A DNA stretch of 64,000 bases from Desulfatiglandales bacterium (GTDB lineage Bacteria; Desulfobacterota; DSM-4660; Desulfatiglandales; HGW-15). How positions within the stretch are numbered: position 1 is the stretch's first letter; the number at the start of each line of letters is the position of its first letter. The stretch spans positions 1,824,001-1,888,000 of the forward strand of contig CAXXJJ010000001.1 in the NCBI GenBank assembly GCA_963667015.2. Reading direction: 5' to 3'. Below the pieces are notes generated by a model. That model did no database searches and was not told the DNA's origin. It saw nothing but the letters and a program-made list of their open reading frames with translations. The position numbers and the translations under genes were made by a program. Shown here in pieces: positions 22,170-33,244 of this stretch.

Positions 22170-22850
22170 ATGGCCTCTATAATTACTCAAAAATATAAAT
22201 CCTATTCAATCGGATCATTATCAAAGTTAAATGATGCCCAGCTCGATAAACTGGCTAAGGTCTTTGATAAGCCCAATGCTGAGACAGAAGCCGTGCTTGG
22301 AGGAAGAGGTTCCGTAAAGAGAATCAACCTTGAAGGGATAGGTCCGGTTATAATCAAATATAATACCCGGGGCGGTTTAATAAGGTTATTTGTTGAAAGA
22401 ACATATATAAGGACAGGCAGGACATGCAACCGGATAGAGTTTGAACAGCTGATAAATGCCTCAAATTTTGGAGTGAATGTCCCTGAGCCGGTTGCCTTTG
22501 CAACAAAGGGCTTTCTTTTTTACAGGGGTTGGCTTGTTTTAAAAGAGATAAAGAAGAGCGAGACCCTTGCAGTGGTAAGTCTAAAGGATGAGGCCAGGAT
22601 AAGTCAGCTTATTGATAAAATAGCCGGACAGATTAACCTCCTTATAAATTCCGGATTGCATCATGTTGACCTGCATCCGGGGAATATTCTGGTCACGGAT
22701 GATGATCAGATATTCATAATTGATTTTCATAAGGCGCGTATGTTTAAAGGCAGTAAACAGAAACTGCTGAATAAATATTCTGCCCGCTGGAAGCGGGCAG
22801 TTAAAAAGCATGGGTTGCCTGAAGTTCTTAATGATATATTTAAGGTGTAA
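22170..22850 (+). CDS. Kdo kinase (KdkA-like) LPS kinase
   Basis: GGRG, IKYNTRGGL, VPEPVA, HVDLHPGNILV, IIDF. Confidence 0.8.
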   Translation: MASIITQKYKSYSIGSLSKLNDAQLDKLAKVFDKPNAETEAVLGGRGSVKRINLEGIGPVIIKYNTRGGLIRLFVERTYIRTGRTCNRIEFEQLINASNFGVNVPEPVAFATKGFLFYRGWLVLKEIKKSETLAVVSLKDEARISQLIDKIAGQINLLINSGLHHVDLHPGNILVTDDDQIFIIDFHKARMFKGSKQKLLNKYSARWKRAVKKHGLPEVLNDIFKV

Positions 22851-22854
22851 ATTT

Positions 22855-25677
22855 TTACCTTTCAGGTCTTGCAGCAAACTCCCTGCCTGCCTTGAATAAA
22901 TCAATGGATTCTATGGAAGATTTTGTTTCATTCTTCATATCGTGCTGTTTTGCAAAGAGGAGTATATCCACTGTCTTTTCCTTTTCGGGATTCAGGGCAT
23001 CCGATAGAATCCTGGCTGTTTGATCCTTTGTGAGAGACTTCAATGCATCCAGGTTTTCCTGCAGCCGTTCAAAATCCCTGTCATATTCAAAAATTCTTCT
23101 GTCAAAGAGCATGCTCTTTTCAAGGATGCTTTTGGGCTTTTGCAGAAGCTCGGTGCGGACAGCCGCCTTAAACTCTTCGAATTTGTTATCAGGCAATGCC
23201 TCAAATTGTGATGGTAATTCACTGATAAAAGAATCAGCCCTCTCGCGAATATCATCAGCCGGATGACTTTCGGACTGGACAATAAAGAACATGTAGTAGT
23301 AGCCGTTATCCTCGGGAGCGGCTGCCGATACAATGTAACCAAGCTGCTGGTTTGTTCTCATCTCGGTATAAAAAGGCTGTGAAATAAATTTTTCAATGAT
23401 GCTGGATGCCATCCTTATCTCAGGTGTTTCTCTGCCCAGATAAACGGTTTTCCAGTAACAGGAATTGTTTGTTTCCAGTTTTTCTATATATGTGAGTGAC
23501 TCATTTTCTTTTTGAACAAGTATCCGCTGTTTGAATTCCTCTTCATTCTTCAGGGGTTCGGAATTTAAAAAAGACTTAAGGGTGCGTGAAAGTGATACAG
23601 CCTCATCCGCGGTTATATTTCCGTGTACCAGCCCCTCTATTTTTGATTTTTTAAAAAGGCTTCCTGCAAACTGATCCAGGTCCTTGAGGCTCAGGAGTTC
23701 ACTCTCCTTTATCTGGGAGTCGATGCTGAAATAGGTCTCCTTGCGAATCCTGCGGGATATATATCGTGCTATCTCCCAGGCCTGTCCCATCTTAAAGTTT
23801 TTCAGTCCTCGCAATATCCTGTCTTTAATGTATGAAAACTGCTGCTCTGAAAGCTCAAAGGAATTTAACCTTTTTCCAATCTCTTTTAACAGCATTTCTA
23901 TTGAAGCGGTATAGCCGCTTATAATAATAGTCAAGCCATCAAGGTCGGAAGAAAAATCATAGTCCAGCCCTGCCTCATGGGCTGCATATGCTATCTCATT
24001 CAGCTTCTCATTGACAGATGCCGCATAGAAGGACAGGCGGGTCATGTATGCAGGGTCAACAACTTTTTCAGGGTGTCTGATATGAAATATTATAGTAGCC
24101 TTTGGCCTTTTAAAGGTGACATCCTGCGCATACCACATCTCAATACCCGGTTCGTCAATGATGTTTACAGGACGCTCAGCCAGAAGATTTACAGTGTCTG
24201 GTAAAAACGGGTTCGGTGAAGGAAGCGAAAGCTCTTTAACCAGGGTGGGCTTTAATAAAGATTTATAAAAACTTCCCTTTTCGACATTGTAGGAATAGTT
24301 TGTTCCATAATAGGGTTCTATGCTGTCTGTCTCAAGTTCCTGTGCAGTCAGCATGCAGATCATATTATTCGGTACCAGATGATCAAGCACGGATTCTACA
24401 AGTTCCGGATCAAGGTTTTCATATATGTAATCAACCGTCTCCGCTATATCGATAGGATAGCGGTTCATGTTGCCGGCAAGCTGAGATGCCCGGTCTGCCC
24501 CCTCACCCTTGTTTTTATATGTAAAGTCAAGCTCCGCAATACGCTGAATCTCATTAAAGATATAGGCAGGGATTCCCTTTTCCCTCAGAAGGCGGATATA
24601 GCTGAAACAGTATTTGATCACATCTCGATAATGCTCCAGGCCCTTCTCGGTCAGCCTGATATTAACCGTAAAGCTTCCATAATCGGATGTTGTGTTGCCG
24701 CCTCCCGCGCTGAGTCCTGTAGCCAGTCCCTGGTTTTTAAGGAATGATAAAAGAGACCCCTCACCTTCATGCCCCATGCAGAATCCAATGAGCGTTTCAG
24801 GTTTTGTTTTGTAATGTTCAATGTAGCTTGGGGTGGCGAATGTCAGGGTTAATTCTCTGAGGTCTTTTACAGGCTGGCGTTTAATAAGCCTGAATCCTTT
24901 AACGCTTTCCAGGTAGTCCGGATCGTATTTTAATTTTTCCAGGTTATTATTCTTTACTGGGCTGAAATATTTTCTTGCCAGCGATTCAAGTTCATCCAGG
25001 CTCCTGCTGCCAAGAATAACCAGGCTCATCCTGTTGGCTGAATAATAGGTTTTGTAGAATTTAATAAATTCTTCCTGTTTTACACTCTTTAGTGTTTCAA
25101 GATCACCGGTCGCAAAATGATTTGCCGGATGGTCTTTTCTATAAAATTCCTTAAAGAGCTGATATTCGCGCCAGTCATCCTGCTGCAGGTTCTTCTGGTG
25201 TTCCGAATCCACTGCATTCATTTCTCTGTCACTGTATTCAGGAGAAAAGAGCGGAGAAATAAAAAACTGTGAAAACCGGTCCAGGGCACCTTCAAATGCG
25301 TCATGCTGTACCTCAAAGTGATAATTGGTGCGATCTTCCCCTGTGAATGCATTGGAATAACCGCCATGGCTGTCCAGGTACCCGGAAAAATCATCAACCT
25401 CGGTATATTTTTCATTTCCCAGAAAGAGCATATGCTCAAGAAAATGAGCAAGCCCCTGCCTGTCTTCAGGGTCCATCAATGATCCGACCTGAACTTCAAG
25501 GGCTGCAGCGGAAGTATTGAATTCCGGGTCTGATACAACCAGCACCTTTAATCCGTTATCAAGAATAAAATGACGTGAAACAGATTCATCATCGGGATGT
25601 TTGGTGAGGGTTTGAGCAAAGATCGCAGTCTGAAAGAAAATAAAACATACAGTAAATATAGTCAGTATCTTTTTCAT
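22855..25677 (-). CDS. Secreted M16A metalloprotease (pitrilysin/insulinase family)
   Basis: Signal peptide; GLAHFLEHMLFLG (HxxEH); EMRTNQQLGYIV. Confidence 0.95.
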   Translation of the reverse strand: MKKILTIFTVCFIFFQTAIFAQTLTKHPDDESVSRHFILDNGLKVLVVSDPEFNTSAAALEVQVGSLMDPEDRQGLAHFLEHMLFLGNEKYTEVDDFSGYLDSHGGYSNAFTGEDRTNYHFEVQHDAFEGALDRFSQFFISPLFSPEYSDREMNAVDSEHQKNLQQDDWREYQLFKEFYRKDHPANHFATGDLETLKSVKQEEFIKFYKTYYSANRMSLVILGSRSLDELESLARKYFSPVKNNNLEKLKYDPDYLESVKGFRLIKRQPVKDLRELTLTFATPSYIEHYKTKPETLIGFCMGHEGEGSLLSFLKNQGLATGLSAGGGNTTSDYGSFTVNIRLTEKGLEHYRDVIKYCFSYIRLLREKGIPAYIFNEIQRIAELDFTYKNKGEGADRASQLAGNMNRYPIDIAETVDYIYENLDPELVESVLDHLVPNNMICMLTAQELETDSIEPYYGTNYSYNVEKGSFYKSLLKPTLVKELSLPSPNPFLPDTVNLLAERPVNIIDEPGIEMWYAQDVTFKRPKATIIFHIRHPEKVVDPAYMTRLSFYAASVNEKLNEIAYAAHEAGLDYDFSSDLDGLTIIISGYTASIEMLLKEIGKRLNSFELSEQQFSYIKDRILRGLKNFKMGQAWEIARYISRRIRKETYFSIDSQIKESELLSLKDLDQFAGSLFKKSKIEGLVHGNITADEAVSLSRTLKSFLNSEPLKNEEEFKQRILVQKENESLTYIEKLETNNSCYWKTVYLGRETPEIRMASSIIEKFISQPFYTEMRTNQQLGYIVSAAAPEDNGYYYMFFIVQSESHPADDIRERADSFISELPSQFEALPDNKFEEFKAAVRTELLQKPKSILEKSMLFDRRIFEYDRDFERLQENLDALKSLTKDQTARILSDALNPEKEKTVDILLFAKQHDMKNETKSSIESIDLFKAGREFAARPER

Positions 25678-25941
25678 AACTCATCCTGTCCATTAGTAAT
25701 TGTTGCTGAAGGTAATATCTGTAATGTAAAAACCGGTCTTTTCATATTTATTCCTTCTGAAAATGGGATATTAAATATGTTGTATCTCTTCTGTATCCCG
25801 CTTTATCATGCAAAGATAATCATAGTTTCATCCGGAGGCAAATACACCGCCCTTGATAAAAGAAAAAAAATAATATACTACTCTAATCTTGTCAAATAAC
25901 TTAGTTGAAGTTTAGTAAAAACAGCGGAGCAGAGCTTAATT

Positions 25942-27582
25942 ATGTATAAACTATATAATATTTTATCAATTAAAGAGTGTTTAGCTTGTTTATTGATAGT
26001 TGCCGTTATGTCTTTTGCCTCATGTTCCGGTGAAAAGGAGATTAGCGACTCCGAAGGTACAGTAAGTCAGGTGCTTCATTTTGGAAACGGTGCCGAGCCC
26101 CAGGGGCTTGATCCCCATGTAGTAACCGGTATCCCGGAATATAATATTACAAAGGCATTGTTTGAAGGACTTGTTGTTTATCATCCAAAAACGCTTGAAC
26201 CCATGCCGGGCGCTGCGGAATCATGGACTATCTCGGAAGACCGCAAAACATATACATTTAAGATGCGCGAAGGCGCAAAATGGTCAAACGGCGATCCTGT
26301 AACTGCTCATGATTTTGTATATTCATGGAAGAGACTTATCTCTCCAAAACTCGCATCGGAATACGCATATCAGCTTTTCTATCTGGTAAATGCCGAAAGA
26401 TACTACAATGGTGAAATAACCGACTTTAATGAGGTTGGAGTCAGGGCAATTGGTGATATGACCCTTGAGGTAAAATTGAATAATCCAGTTCCCTTTTTCC
26501 TGACCCTGCTTATTCATCACAGCCTTTATCCGGTGCACCAGGCAACCATTGAAAAGTTTGGAAATATAGACAGCCGTGTATCAAAGTGGACGCTTCCGGA
26601 GAATTTTGTTGGCAATGGTCCCTTTGTCCTGAAGGACTGGGAGCTTAACAGGATAATTGTTGTTGCAAAAAATCCGCTGTACTGGGATGCATCAACTGTA
26701 AAGCTTGATGAAATTCATTTCTATCCTGTTGAGATGGAGCAGACAGAGGAAAGAATGTTCAGATCCGGCCAGCTTCATATAACCAATGCAGTCCCGACAG
26801 AGAAGATAGAAGTTTATAAAGAAAAATCTCCCGAGCTGATACATATCGATCCCTATCTGGGTACCTACTTTTACAGGTTCAATACCCTCAAAGAGCCGTT
26901 TAATGATCCCAGGGTCAGAAGAGCGCTTGCAATGTCCATTGACAGGAAACTGATTGTTGAAAAGGTAACCAAGGGGGGACAGATTCCTGCCTCTGCCCTT
27001 ACCCCTCCGGATACAATGGGATTTACGCCTAAATCGACCATACCCTATGATATTGAGGGTGCCCGAAGGCTTCTGGCTGAGGCCGGATATCCTGACGGCA
27101 GCGGGTTTCCAGAATGCGAACTTATGTATAATACAATGGATTTACATAGAAAGATCGCAGTCGCCATTCAGCAGATGTGGAAAAAGGCGCTTAATATCAA
27201 TATAACCCTCTCAAATCAGGACTGGAAGGTATATCTGGACAGGGAAAGAACCCTGAATTACACCATCAGCAGGGGTTCATGGATAGGGGATTACCCTGAT
27301 CCTAATACCTTTCTGGATATGTGGATCACTGACGGCGGCAACAATCGTACTGGCTGGTCAAACAGTACCTATGATAATTTAATAGCCATGGCAGCAGCGG
27401 CTGCTGACAGGGAAGAAAGGTACGGGTATTTCCAGCAGGCAGAACAGGTACTGGCGAATGAAGTGCCTATAATACCGGTTTACACCTATACCAGGGTATA
27501 TCTGAAGCGTCCCGAGGTAAAGGGCTGGTATCCGAATATCCTGGATCACCATCCATATCAATATGTATACCTGGAAAAATAA
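25942..27582 (+). CDS. oppA: Oligopeptide ABC transporter substrate-binding lipoprotein
   Basis: GNGAEPQGLDP, AKWSNGDPVTAHDFVYSW, lipobox FASC. Confidence 0.93.
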   Translation: MYKLYNILSIKECLACLLIVAVMSFASCSGEKEISDSEGTVSQVLHFGNGAEPQGLDPHVVTGIPEYNITKALFEGLVVYHPKTLEPMPGAAESWTISEDRKTYTFKMREGAKWSNGDPVTAHDFVYSWKRLISPKLASEYAYQLFYLVNAERYYNGEITDFNEVGVRAIGDMTLEVKLNNPVPFFLTLLIHHSLYPVHQATIEKFGNIDSRVSKWTLPENFVGNGPFVLKDWELNRIIVVAKNPLYWDASTVKLDEIHFYPVEMEQTEERMFRSGQLHITNAVPTEKIEVYKEKSPELIHIDPYLGTYFYRFNTLKEPFNDPRVRRALAMSIDRKLIVEKVTKGGQIPASALTPPDTMGFTPKSTIPYDIEGARRLLAEAGYPDGSGFPECELMYNTMDLHRKIAVAIQQMWKKALNINITLSNQDWKVYLDRERTLNYTISRGSWIGDYPDPNTFLDMWITDGGNNRTGWSNSTYDNLIAMAAAAADREERYGYFQQAEQVLANEVPIIPVYTYTRVYLKRPEVKGWYPNILDHHPYQYVYLEK

Positions 27583-27594
27583 GACCGGGAATCC

Positions 27595-28515
27595 ATGATT
27601 AGAATTATTTTAAACAGAATAGCGATTTCCATTCCTGTTCTCCTGATTGTGATAACTGTTACCTTTTTCTTTATTCGTCTGGCCCCGGGCGGGCCCTTTG
27701 ATACTGAAAAGGCAGTCACTCCTGAGATCCTGGAAAACCTTAATGAATATTACAATCTGAATAAACCGGTTTTTTCCCAATACCTTGATTATCTTAAAAA
27801 TATGGTCCACGGCGACTTCGGACCTTCCTTCCGGCATTCAAATCGAACGGTAACAGAGATGATCCTCACAGGGCTGCCTGTTACATTTGAGCTTGGAGTT
27901 TATTCTCTTCTCATTGCAGTATTTATAGGAATTCTTGCTGGCCTGTCCGCGGCATTGATGCCAAACAGCCTTCAGGATTATATCCCCATGTCCCTTGCCA
28001 TGACAGGCATCTGTATGCCCACCTTTCTCCTTGGGCCTTTGCTGGTGCTTGTATTCGGAATATGGCTTGAATGGCTTCCTGTTTCAGGGTGGGGTGCACT
28101 TCCCGGGGACAAGATTCTGCCCTCTATTACCATGGGGACAGTTTACGCGGCCTATATAGCAAGGCTCACCCGAGGAGGGATGCTTGAGGTAATGTATCAG
28201 GACTTTATACGGACTGCCAGGGCAAAGGGGCTCCCGGAGGTCATGGTTGTTACGCGTCACGCCCTTAAAGGAGGACTGCTTCCGGTTGTCAGCTTTCTGG
28301 GGCCTGCCATTGCAGGGCTTTTGGCCGGATCATTTGTCGTGGAGACTATCTTTCAGATTCCCGGTCTTGGCCGGTTCTATGTTCAGGCCGCCTTTAATCG
28401 CGATTACACGATGATCCTCGGCACAACAATTTTTTATTCGGCCCTTATCATATACTTTAACCTGTTTTCCGATATCCTTACGAGATGGCTCGATCCGAGG
28501 CTGAGAGATAACTGA
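27595..28515 (+). CDS. oppB: Oligopeptide ABC permease
   Basis: RLAPGGPF, DFIRTARAKGL, VVETIFQIPGLG. Confidence 0.93.
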   Translation: MIRIILNRIAISIPVLLIVITVTFFFIRLAPGGPFDTEKAVTPEILENLNEYYNLNKPVFSQYLDYLKNMVHGDFGPSFRHSNRTVTEMILTGLPVTFELGVYSLLIAVFIGILAGLSAALMPNSLQDYIPMSLAMTGICMPTFLLGPLLVLVFGIWLEWLPVSGWGALPGDKILPSITMGTVYAAYIARLTRGGMLEVMYQDFIRTARAKGLPEVMVVTRHALKGGLLPVVSFLGPAIAGLLAGSFVVETIFQIPGLGRFYVQAAFNRDYTMILGTTIFYSALIIYFNLFSDILTRWLDPRLRDN

Positions 28516-29399
28516 TGAAGCTGCGTAAAAATATCACCATAGAGGTTGAAAAGGGAACCTCTCTCTGGAGCAACTCCTGGTACAGGCTTAAACAGAACAG
28601 GCTTGCCATAATAGGACTGGTTGTTCTTGTCATTATGATTCTTATCTCCCTGCTTACTCCATGGATTGCCCCCTACTCATATGAGGCCCAGGACCTTTAC
28701 CTCGGGGCAACACCGCCATCTGCAGAGCACTGGCTGGGGACGGACAGTTTCGGACGAGACATGCTGACAAGAATCATGTACGGGAGCAGGGTTTCACTGG
28801 CCGTGGGATTCCTGGCTACGGCAGTTTCTCTTGTAATAGGCGTAGCATGGGGAACCATCTCAGGTTTTTCAGGCGGACGTGTGGACTCTATAATGATGAG
28901 GATAGTTGATATCCTTTATGCCCTTCCCTTTATAATATTCGTAATTCTCTTAATGGTTGTTTTCGGAAGAAATCTCTTTCTGCTCTTCATGGCCATAGGC
29001 GCGGTTGAATGGCTTACCATGGCCAGGATTATCAGGGGACAGGTCCTCAGCATAAGGGAGAAGGAGTACATTGACGCCGCCATAATGACAGGTGTATCAG
29101 GATGGCGGTTAATCACCCGACATGTTATTCCCAATACCATCGGTCCCATAATAGTCTATACAACACTGACGATTCCCAGCGTAATACTGCTTGAATCCTT
29201 CCTCAGTTTTCTTGGGCTGGGGATACAGCCTCCCATGTGTTCATGGGGGCTTTTAATAAACTATGGAGTGGAGACCATGGAGGAGTACCCCTGGCTGCTC
29301 ATTTTTCCGGGTCTGGTTCTCGCAATAACCCTTTTCTCGCTGAACTTTCTCGGTGACGGACTCAGGGATGCACTGGATCCTAAAAGTACAACAAGGTAG
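28515..29399 (+). CDS. oppC: Oligopeptide ABC permease
   Basis: HWLGTDSFGRD, ESFLSFLGLG, GDGLRDALDP. Confidence 0.93.
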   Translation: MKLRKNITIEVEKGTSLWSNSWYRLKQNRLAIIGLVVLVIMILISLLTPWIAPYSYEAQDLYLGATPPSAEHWLGTDSFGRDMLTRIMYGSRVSLAVGFLATAVSLVIGVAWGTISGFSGGRVDSIMMRIVDILYALPFIIFVILLMVVFGRNLFLLFMAIGAVEWLTMARIIRGQVLSIREKEYIDAAIMTGVSGWRLITRHVIPNTIGPIIVYTTLTIPSVILLESFLSFLGLGIQPPMCSWGLLINYGVETMEEYPWLLIFPGLVLAITLFSLNFLGDGLRDALDPKSTTR

Positions 29400-29408
29400 G
29401 AAATACTA

Positions 29409-30413
29409 TTGGCGCTTTTAGAAGTAAGAAATCTTAAGACAAACTTTTACTCACGGTACGGTGTATCAAGGGCTGTGGATGATGTCTCATTTGATATTCA
29501 TAAGGGCCGGACAGTGGGAATAGTGGGAGAGTCGGGTTCAGGTAAATCAGTGACCTGCTATTCCATGCTGGGGCTTGTTGCCTGTCCTCCCGGAAAAATC
29601 GAGAGCGGAAGCGCACTGTTTGAGGGAATTGATCTCCTTAACTGCAATCGGAACGAACTTCGCAAAATACGCGGAAACAGGATATCAATGGTATTTCAGG
29701 ACCCCATGAGTTCACTTAACCCTTACCTGACTATCGGGAGACAGCTCACCGAACACCTTATCCTGCATAAGGGAATATCAAAGGATGCGGCCAAAAAAAA
29801 GGCCGTAAATGCATTGCTGGAGGTAGGCATCCAGGATCCTGAAGTGAGATTAAAGTACTATCCTCATCAGCTTTCCGGCGGCATGAGACAGAGGGTTATG
29901 ATAGCAATGGCCCTTATTACAGAACCCGTTCTCCTGATCGCCGATGAGCCCACTACAGCCCTTGACGTAACAATTCAGGCACAGATAATTGATCTTATAA
30001 ATGATCTTAAGAACAGAAAGAACATGTCCGTGATCTTTATTACCCATGACCTGGGTGTGGTAGCCGGAATTTCCGATCATGTACTCGTGATGTACAGCGG
30101 AAGGATCATGGAATCAGGTTTAACCAGCGACGTGTATTACCGGCCTGTCCATCCCTACACCCGGGCACTTTTAAAATCAACACCGTCTGTTGAGATGAAG
30201 GATAAGGAGCTTTATGTTATCCCGGGGCGTCCTCCGGGTAACTTTGAAGAGATAAAGGGGTGCGTATTTGCCTCAAGATGTGAATTTGTCCAGGATAGAT
30301 GCCTGTCAACTATTCCCGAACTCAGTGAGATTTCAGAAAATCATTTTTCCGCATGCCTGAGAGTGCAGGGCGGGACCCTGTCTGCCGGATTTCCTGAAGG
30401 AGGTGTACAGTGA
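29409..30413 (+). CDS. oppD: Oligopeptide ABC ATPase
   Basis: GESGSGKS, YPHQLSGGMRQR, ADEPTTALD. Confidence 0.93.
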   Translation: MALLEVRNLKTNFYSRYGVSRAVDDVSFDIHKGRTVGIVGESGSGKSVTCYSMLGLVACPPGKIESGSALFEGIDLLNCNRNELRKIRGNRISMVFQDPMSSLNPYLTIGRQLTEHLILHKGISKDAAKKKAVNALLEVGIQDPEVRLKYYPHQLSGGMRQRVMIAMALITEPVLLIADEPTTALDVTIQAQIIDLINDLKNRKNMSVIFITHDLGVVAGISDHVLVMYSGRIMESGLTSDVYYRPVHPYTRALLKSTPSVEMKDKELYVIPGRPPGNFEEIKGCVFASRCEFVQDRCLSTIPELSEISENHFSACLRVQGGTLSAGFPEGGVQ

Positions 30414-31390
30414 GCACCCCCCTGCTGGATATCAATGATTTGAAGGTCTATTATCCTATCTATGGCGGCGGATTTTTTAAAAAGAAGATAGAAAATCTCA
30501 AGGCTGTTGACGGGGTCAATCTGAAAATAGACCGGGGCGAGGTGGTAGGTCTGGTAGGCGAATCGGGCTGCGGAAAGTCCACTGTTGCAAGATCGGTTAT
30601 GTGCCTTACTGAAACAACCTCTGGTTCAATAAAACTGGAAGGTGCAGAGCTCAATAGGCTGACATCAAAGGAACTCAAGATAAAACGACCGGAGTTTCAG
30701 ATGATATTTCAGGATCCCTTCTCATCCCTTAATCCAAGAATGACGGTATTCAGCATTCTTGCTGAGCCGCTTTTATATCACGGGCTGGCAAAAAAAACCG
30801 ATTTGACAGATGCACTGTCCACTCTCTTAAGGGAGGTTGGGCTCTCACCAAGGGATATGGGTAAATACCCGCACGAGTTTTCCGGAGGGCAGCTCCAGAG
30901 GATCGCCATTGCCAGGGCACTTTCCCTTCGGCCGAAACTGATTATTGCCGATGAGCCGGTCTCGGCCCTTGATGTCTCAATAAGATCCCAGATATTGAAC
31001 CTTCTGGTAAGGCTCATAAAAGAGCATTCGCTTACAATGCTCTTTATATCCCATGACCTTTCCGTGATCAGGCACATATCCGACAGGATAGCGGTTATGT
31101 ATCTCGGAAAGATTGTGGAGACGGGATCAAACGAGCAGGTCTATTCGCATCCTGCCCATCCATATACCAGGGCCCTTCTTTCGGCGGTCCCTGTCCCTGA
31201 CCCAGATCAGGAAAAGGCAAGGAAGAGGGTTATGCTTGAAGGGGAACCTCCTTCACCAATCAGTCCTCCCGGGGGGTGCAGCTTTCACCCAAGGTGCAGG
31301 TACAGGAAGGAAAGGTGTTCGATAGAAATACCATGTCTGGAATCAAAGGGCGACAATCACAGCGTGGCTTGTTTTTATCCGCTTGATTAA
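30410..31390 (+). CDS. oppF: Oligopeptide ABC ATPase
   Basis: GESGCGKS, YPHEFSGGQ, ADEPVSALD. Confidence 0.93.
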   Translation: MSTPLLDINDLKVYYPIYGGGFFKKKIENLKAVDGVNLKIDRGEVVGLVGESGCGKSTVARSVMCLTETTSGSIKLEGAELNRLTSKELKIKRPEFQMIFQDPFSSLNPRMTVFSILAEPLLYHGLAKKTDLTDALSTLLREVGLSPRDMGKYPHEFSGGQLQRIAIARALSLRPKLIIADEPVSALDVSIRSQILNLLVRLIKEHSLTMLFISHDLSVIRHISDRIAVMYLGKIVETGSNEQVYSHPAHPYTRALLSAVPVPDPDQEKARKRVMLEGEPPSPISPPGGCSFHPRCRYRKERCSIEIPCLESKGDNHSVACFYPLD

Positions 31391-31464
31391 AAACCGGGGA
31401 TTATAAAAAACCTTTTAACTATACAGGTGTAAGCTCCTGATGGTTTGCCTTTAGGGAAAACACG

Positions 31465-33219
31465 ATGAAACAAGGCAATTTAATACGCATAAGTTTATGT
31501 CTCTTCTTATGTTTTTTTATACTTCGATTCCAGTCCTGCAATAGTGATTCAAGGCACTTCCATGAATTTCTGAATGATGAATCAAAATTAAATAGCTCGG
31601 AAAATCCTGAATGGGCAACAACTACAGGCTACTCAAAATACAATGATCGCTGGAGCGATCTGTCTTTATCAGCTTTCTCACGCCGTGACCTTCACACAAA
31701 AGATGCTTTATCCAGATTACTCGAAATTGATAAAACAAAACTCAATAAAAACGACAGGCTGAGCTATGATCTGTTTGTCCGGGACCTGAAGCTAAGGATC
31801 AAAGGGCAGCGTTTCAAGAGGCAATGCCTGAGAATAAACCAGCTGAACGGTATTCAGGAGAGTGTTGTTGACACGCTCAGGCGCGCTCCGAAAAAAAATA
31901 AAAAAGACTTTACCGATATTCTGGCACGTTTACGTACATTGCCGGAACTGGTGGACAATACTGTTATACTGTTAAAAGAGGGGATAAAGACCGGTATAAC
32001 GGTTCCAAAGATCACATTGCGCGCAGTTCCGGAACAGATTAAGGCGATGACTGCTGCTGAGGACAATCCATTGATGGAAATCTTTAAATCTATGCCTGAT
32101 TCCATCTCCCTGGACAGACAGCAGGAGATTAAGGAAGAGGCACATAAGGCCCTCATTGATCAGGTCATTCCGTCCTTTAAAAAACTCAATGAATTTATTG
32201 TAAATGAATATATACCCCATGCCAGAGATACCATCGGATGGTGTGATCTGCCTGACGGAAGGGAGTGGTATACCCATCTTGTCAAAGATTTAACAAGCAT
32301 GGATATGACCCCCGAAGAAATTCACAGCCTGGGTCTGAGTGAGGTAAAACGGATTCGCGGAGAGATCGAAAGCCTGATGAAGGATATCGGGTTTGAAGGA
32401 TCATATGGAGATTTTTTGAGTTATATGCTTACTGATAAACAGTTTTTCTTTGAGAATGCTGATAATCTTGTTAACTATTGCAGGGATATGGCCAAACGCG
32501 CGGACTCCCGTTTACCGGAATTCTTTGGCAAACTTCCAAAGCTTTCATATAAAATATTGCCTGTTCCGGCCCTACTCCAAAAATCCGCCCCTTCTGCATA
32601 TTTTAGTCCCGGCAATGTTAGAAACAATGTTTCAAGCGTATTTTATATCAATACATATAATCTGGCTTTCCGCCCAAAATGGGGGCTGACTCCCATCGTA
32701 TTGCATGAAGCTGTGCCAGGGCATTATCTCCAGTTAACTCTGAGAGCAGAACGGAAACATTCGAAAATAAAATCGCCTAAAAGTTATATGGTCTATATTG
32801 AAGGCTGGGCGCTCTATGCCGAAACTCTGGGTTATGAAATGGGAATGTATCAGGATCAGTATTCACGCTTTGGCCAGTATAATAATGAGTTGTGGCGCGC
32901 TGTCCGGTTGGTTGTGGATACCGGGATTCACTGGTATGGCTGGAGCCGTGACCAAGCTGTCAAATATTGCAGGGATAATGTAGCGCTTTCCGATCATAAC
33001 ATCTCTGTTGAGGTGGATAGATATATTGTCTGGCCAGCGCAGGCCCTGACATGCAAGATAGGGCAACTTAAAATAAAAGAGTGCAGGGATTACTGTCAGA
33101 GCCAGTTAAAGGACAAATTTGAAATCAGGGCCTTTCATGATTTTGTTTTGGGACAGGGGCCGCTTCCAATGGATGTGCTTGGGCAGCAGGTTAAGGATTG
33201 GGTGGCAGAAAATAAATAA
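31465..33219 (+). CDS. DUF885 family putative metallopeptidase
   Basis: LHEAVPGHYLQ, YIEGWALYAE, WRAVRLVVDTGIH, EVDRYIVWPAQA. Confidence 0.92.
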   Translation: MKQGNLIRISLCLFLCFFILRFQSCNSDSRHFHEFLNDESKLNSSENPEWATTTGYSKYNDRWSDLSLSAFSRRDLHTKDALSRLLEIDKTKLNKNDRLSYDLFVRDLKLRIKGQRFKRQCLRINQLNGIQESVVDTLRRAPKKNKKDFTDILARLRTLPELVDNTVILLKEGIKTGITVPKITLRAVPEQIKAMTAAEDNPLMEIFKSMPDSISLDRQQEIKEEAHKALIDQVIPSFKKLNEFIVNEYIPHARDTIGWCDLPDGREWYTHLVKDLTSMDMTPEEIHSLGLSEVKRIRGEIESLMKDIGFEGSYGDFLSYMLTDKQFFFENADNLVNYCRDMAKRADSRLPEFFGKLPKLSYKILPVPALLQKSAPSAYFSPGNVRNNVSSVFYINTYNLAFRPKWGLTPIVLHEAVPGHYLQLTLRAERKHSKIKSPKSYMVYIEGWALYAETLGYEMGMYQDQYSRFGQYNNELWRAVRLVVDTGIHWYGWSRDQAVKYCRDNVALSDHNISVEVDRYIVWPAQALTCKIGQLKIKECRDYCQSQLKDKFEIRAFHDFVLGQGPLPMDVLGQQVKDWVAENK

Positions 33220-33244
33220 AAAATATTATAATCAGGAATAAAAC

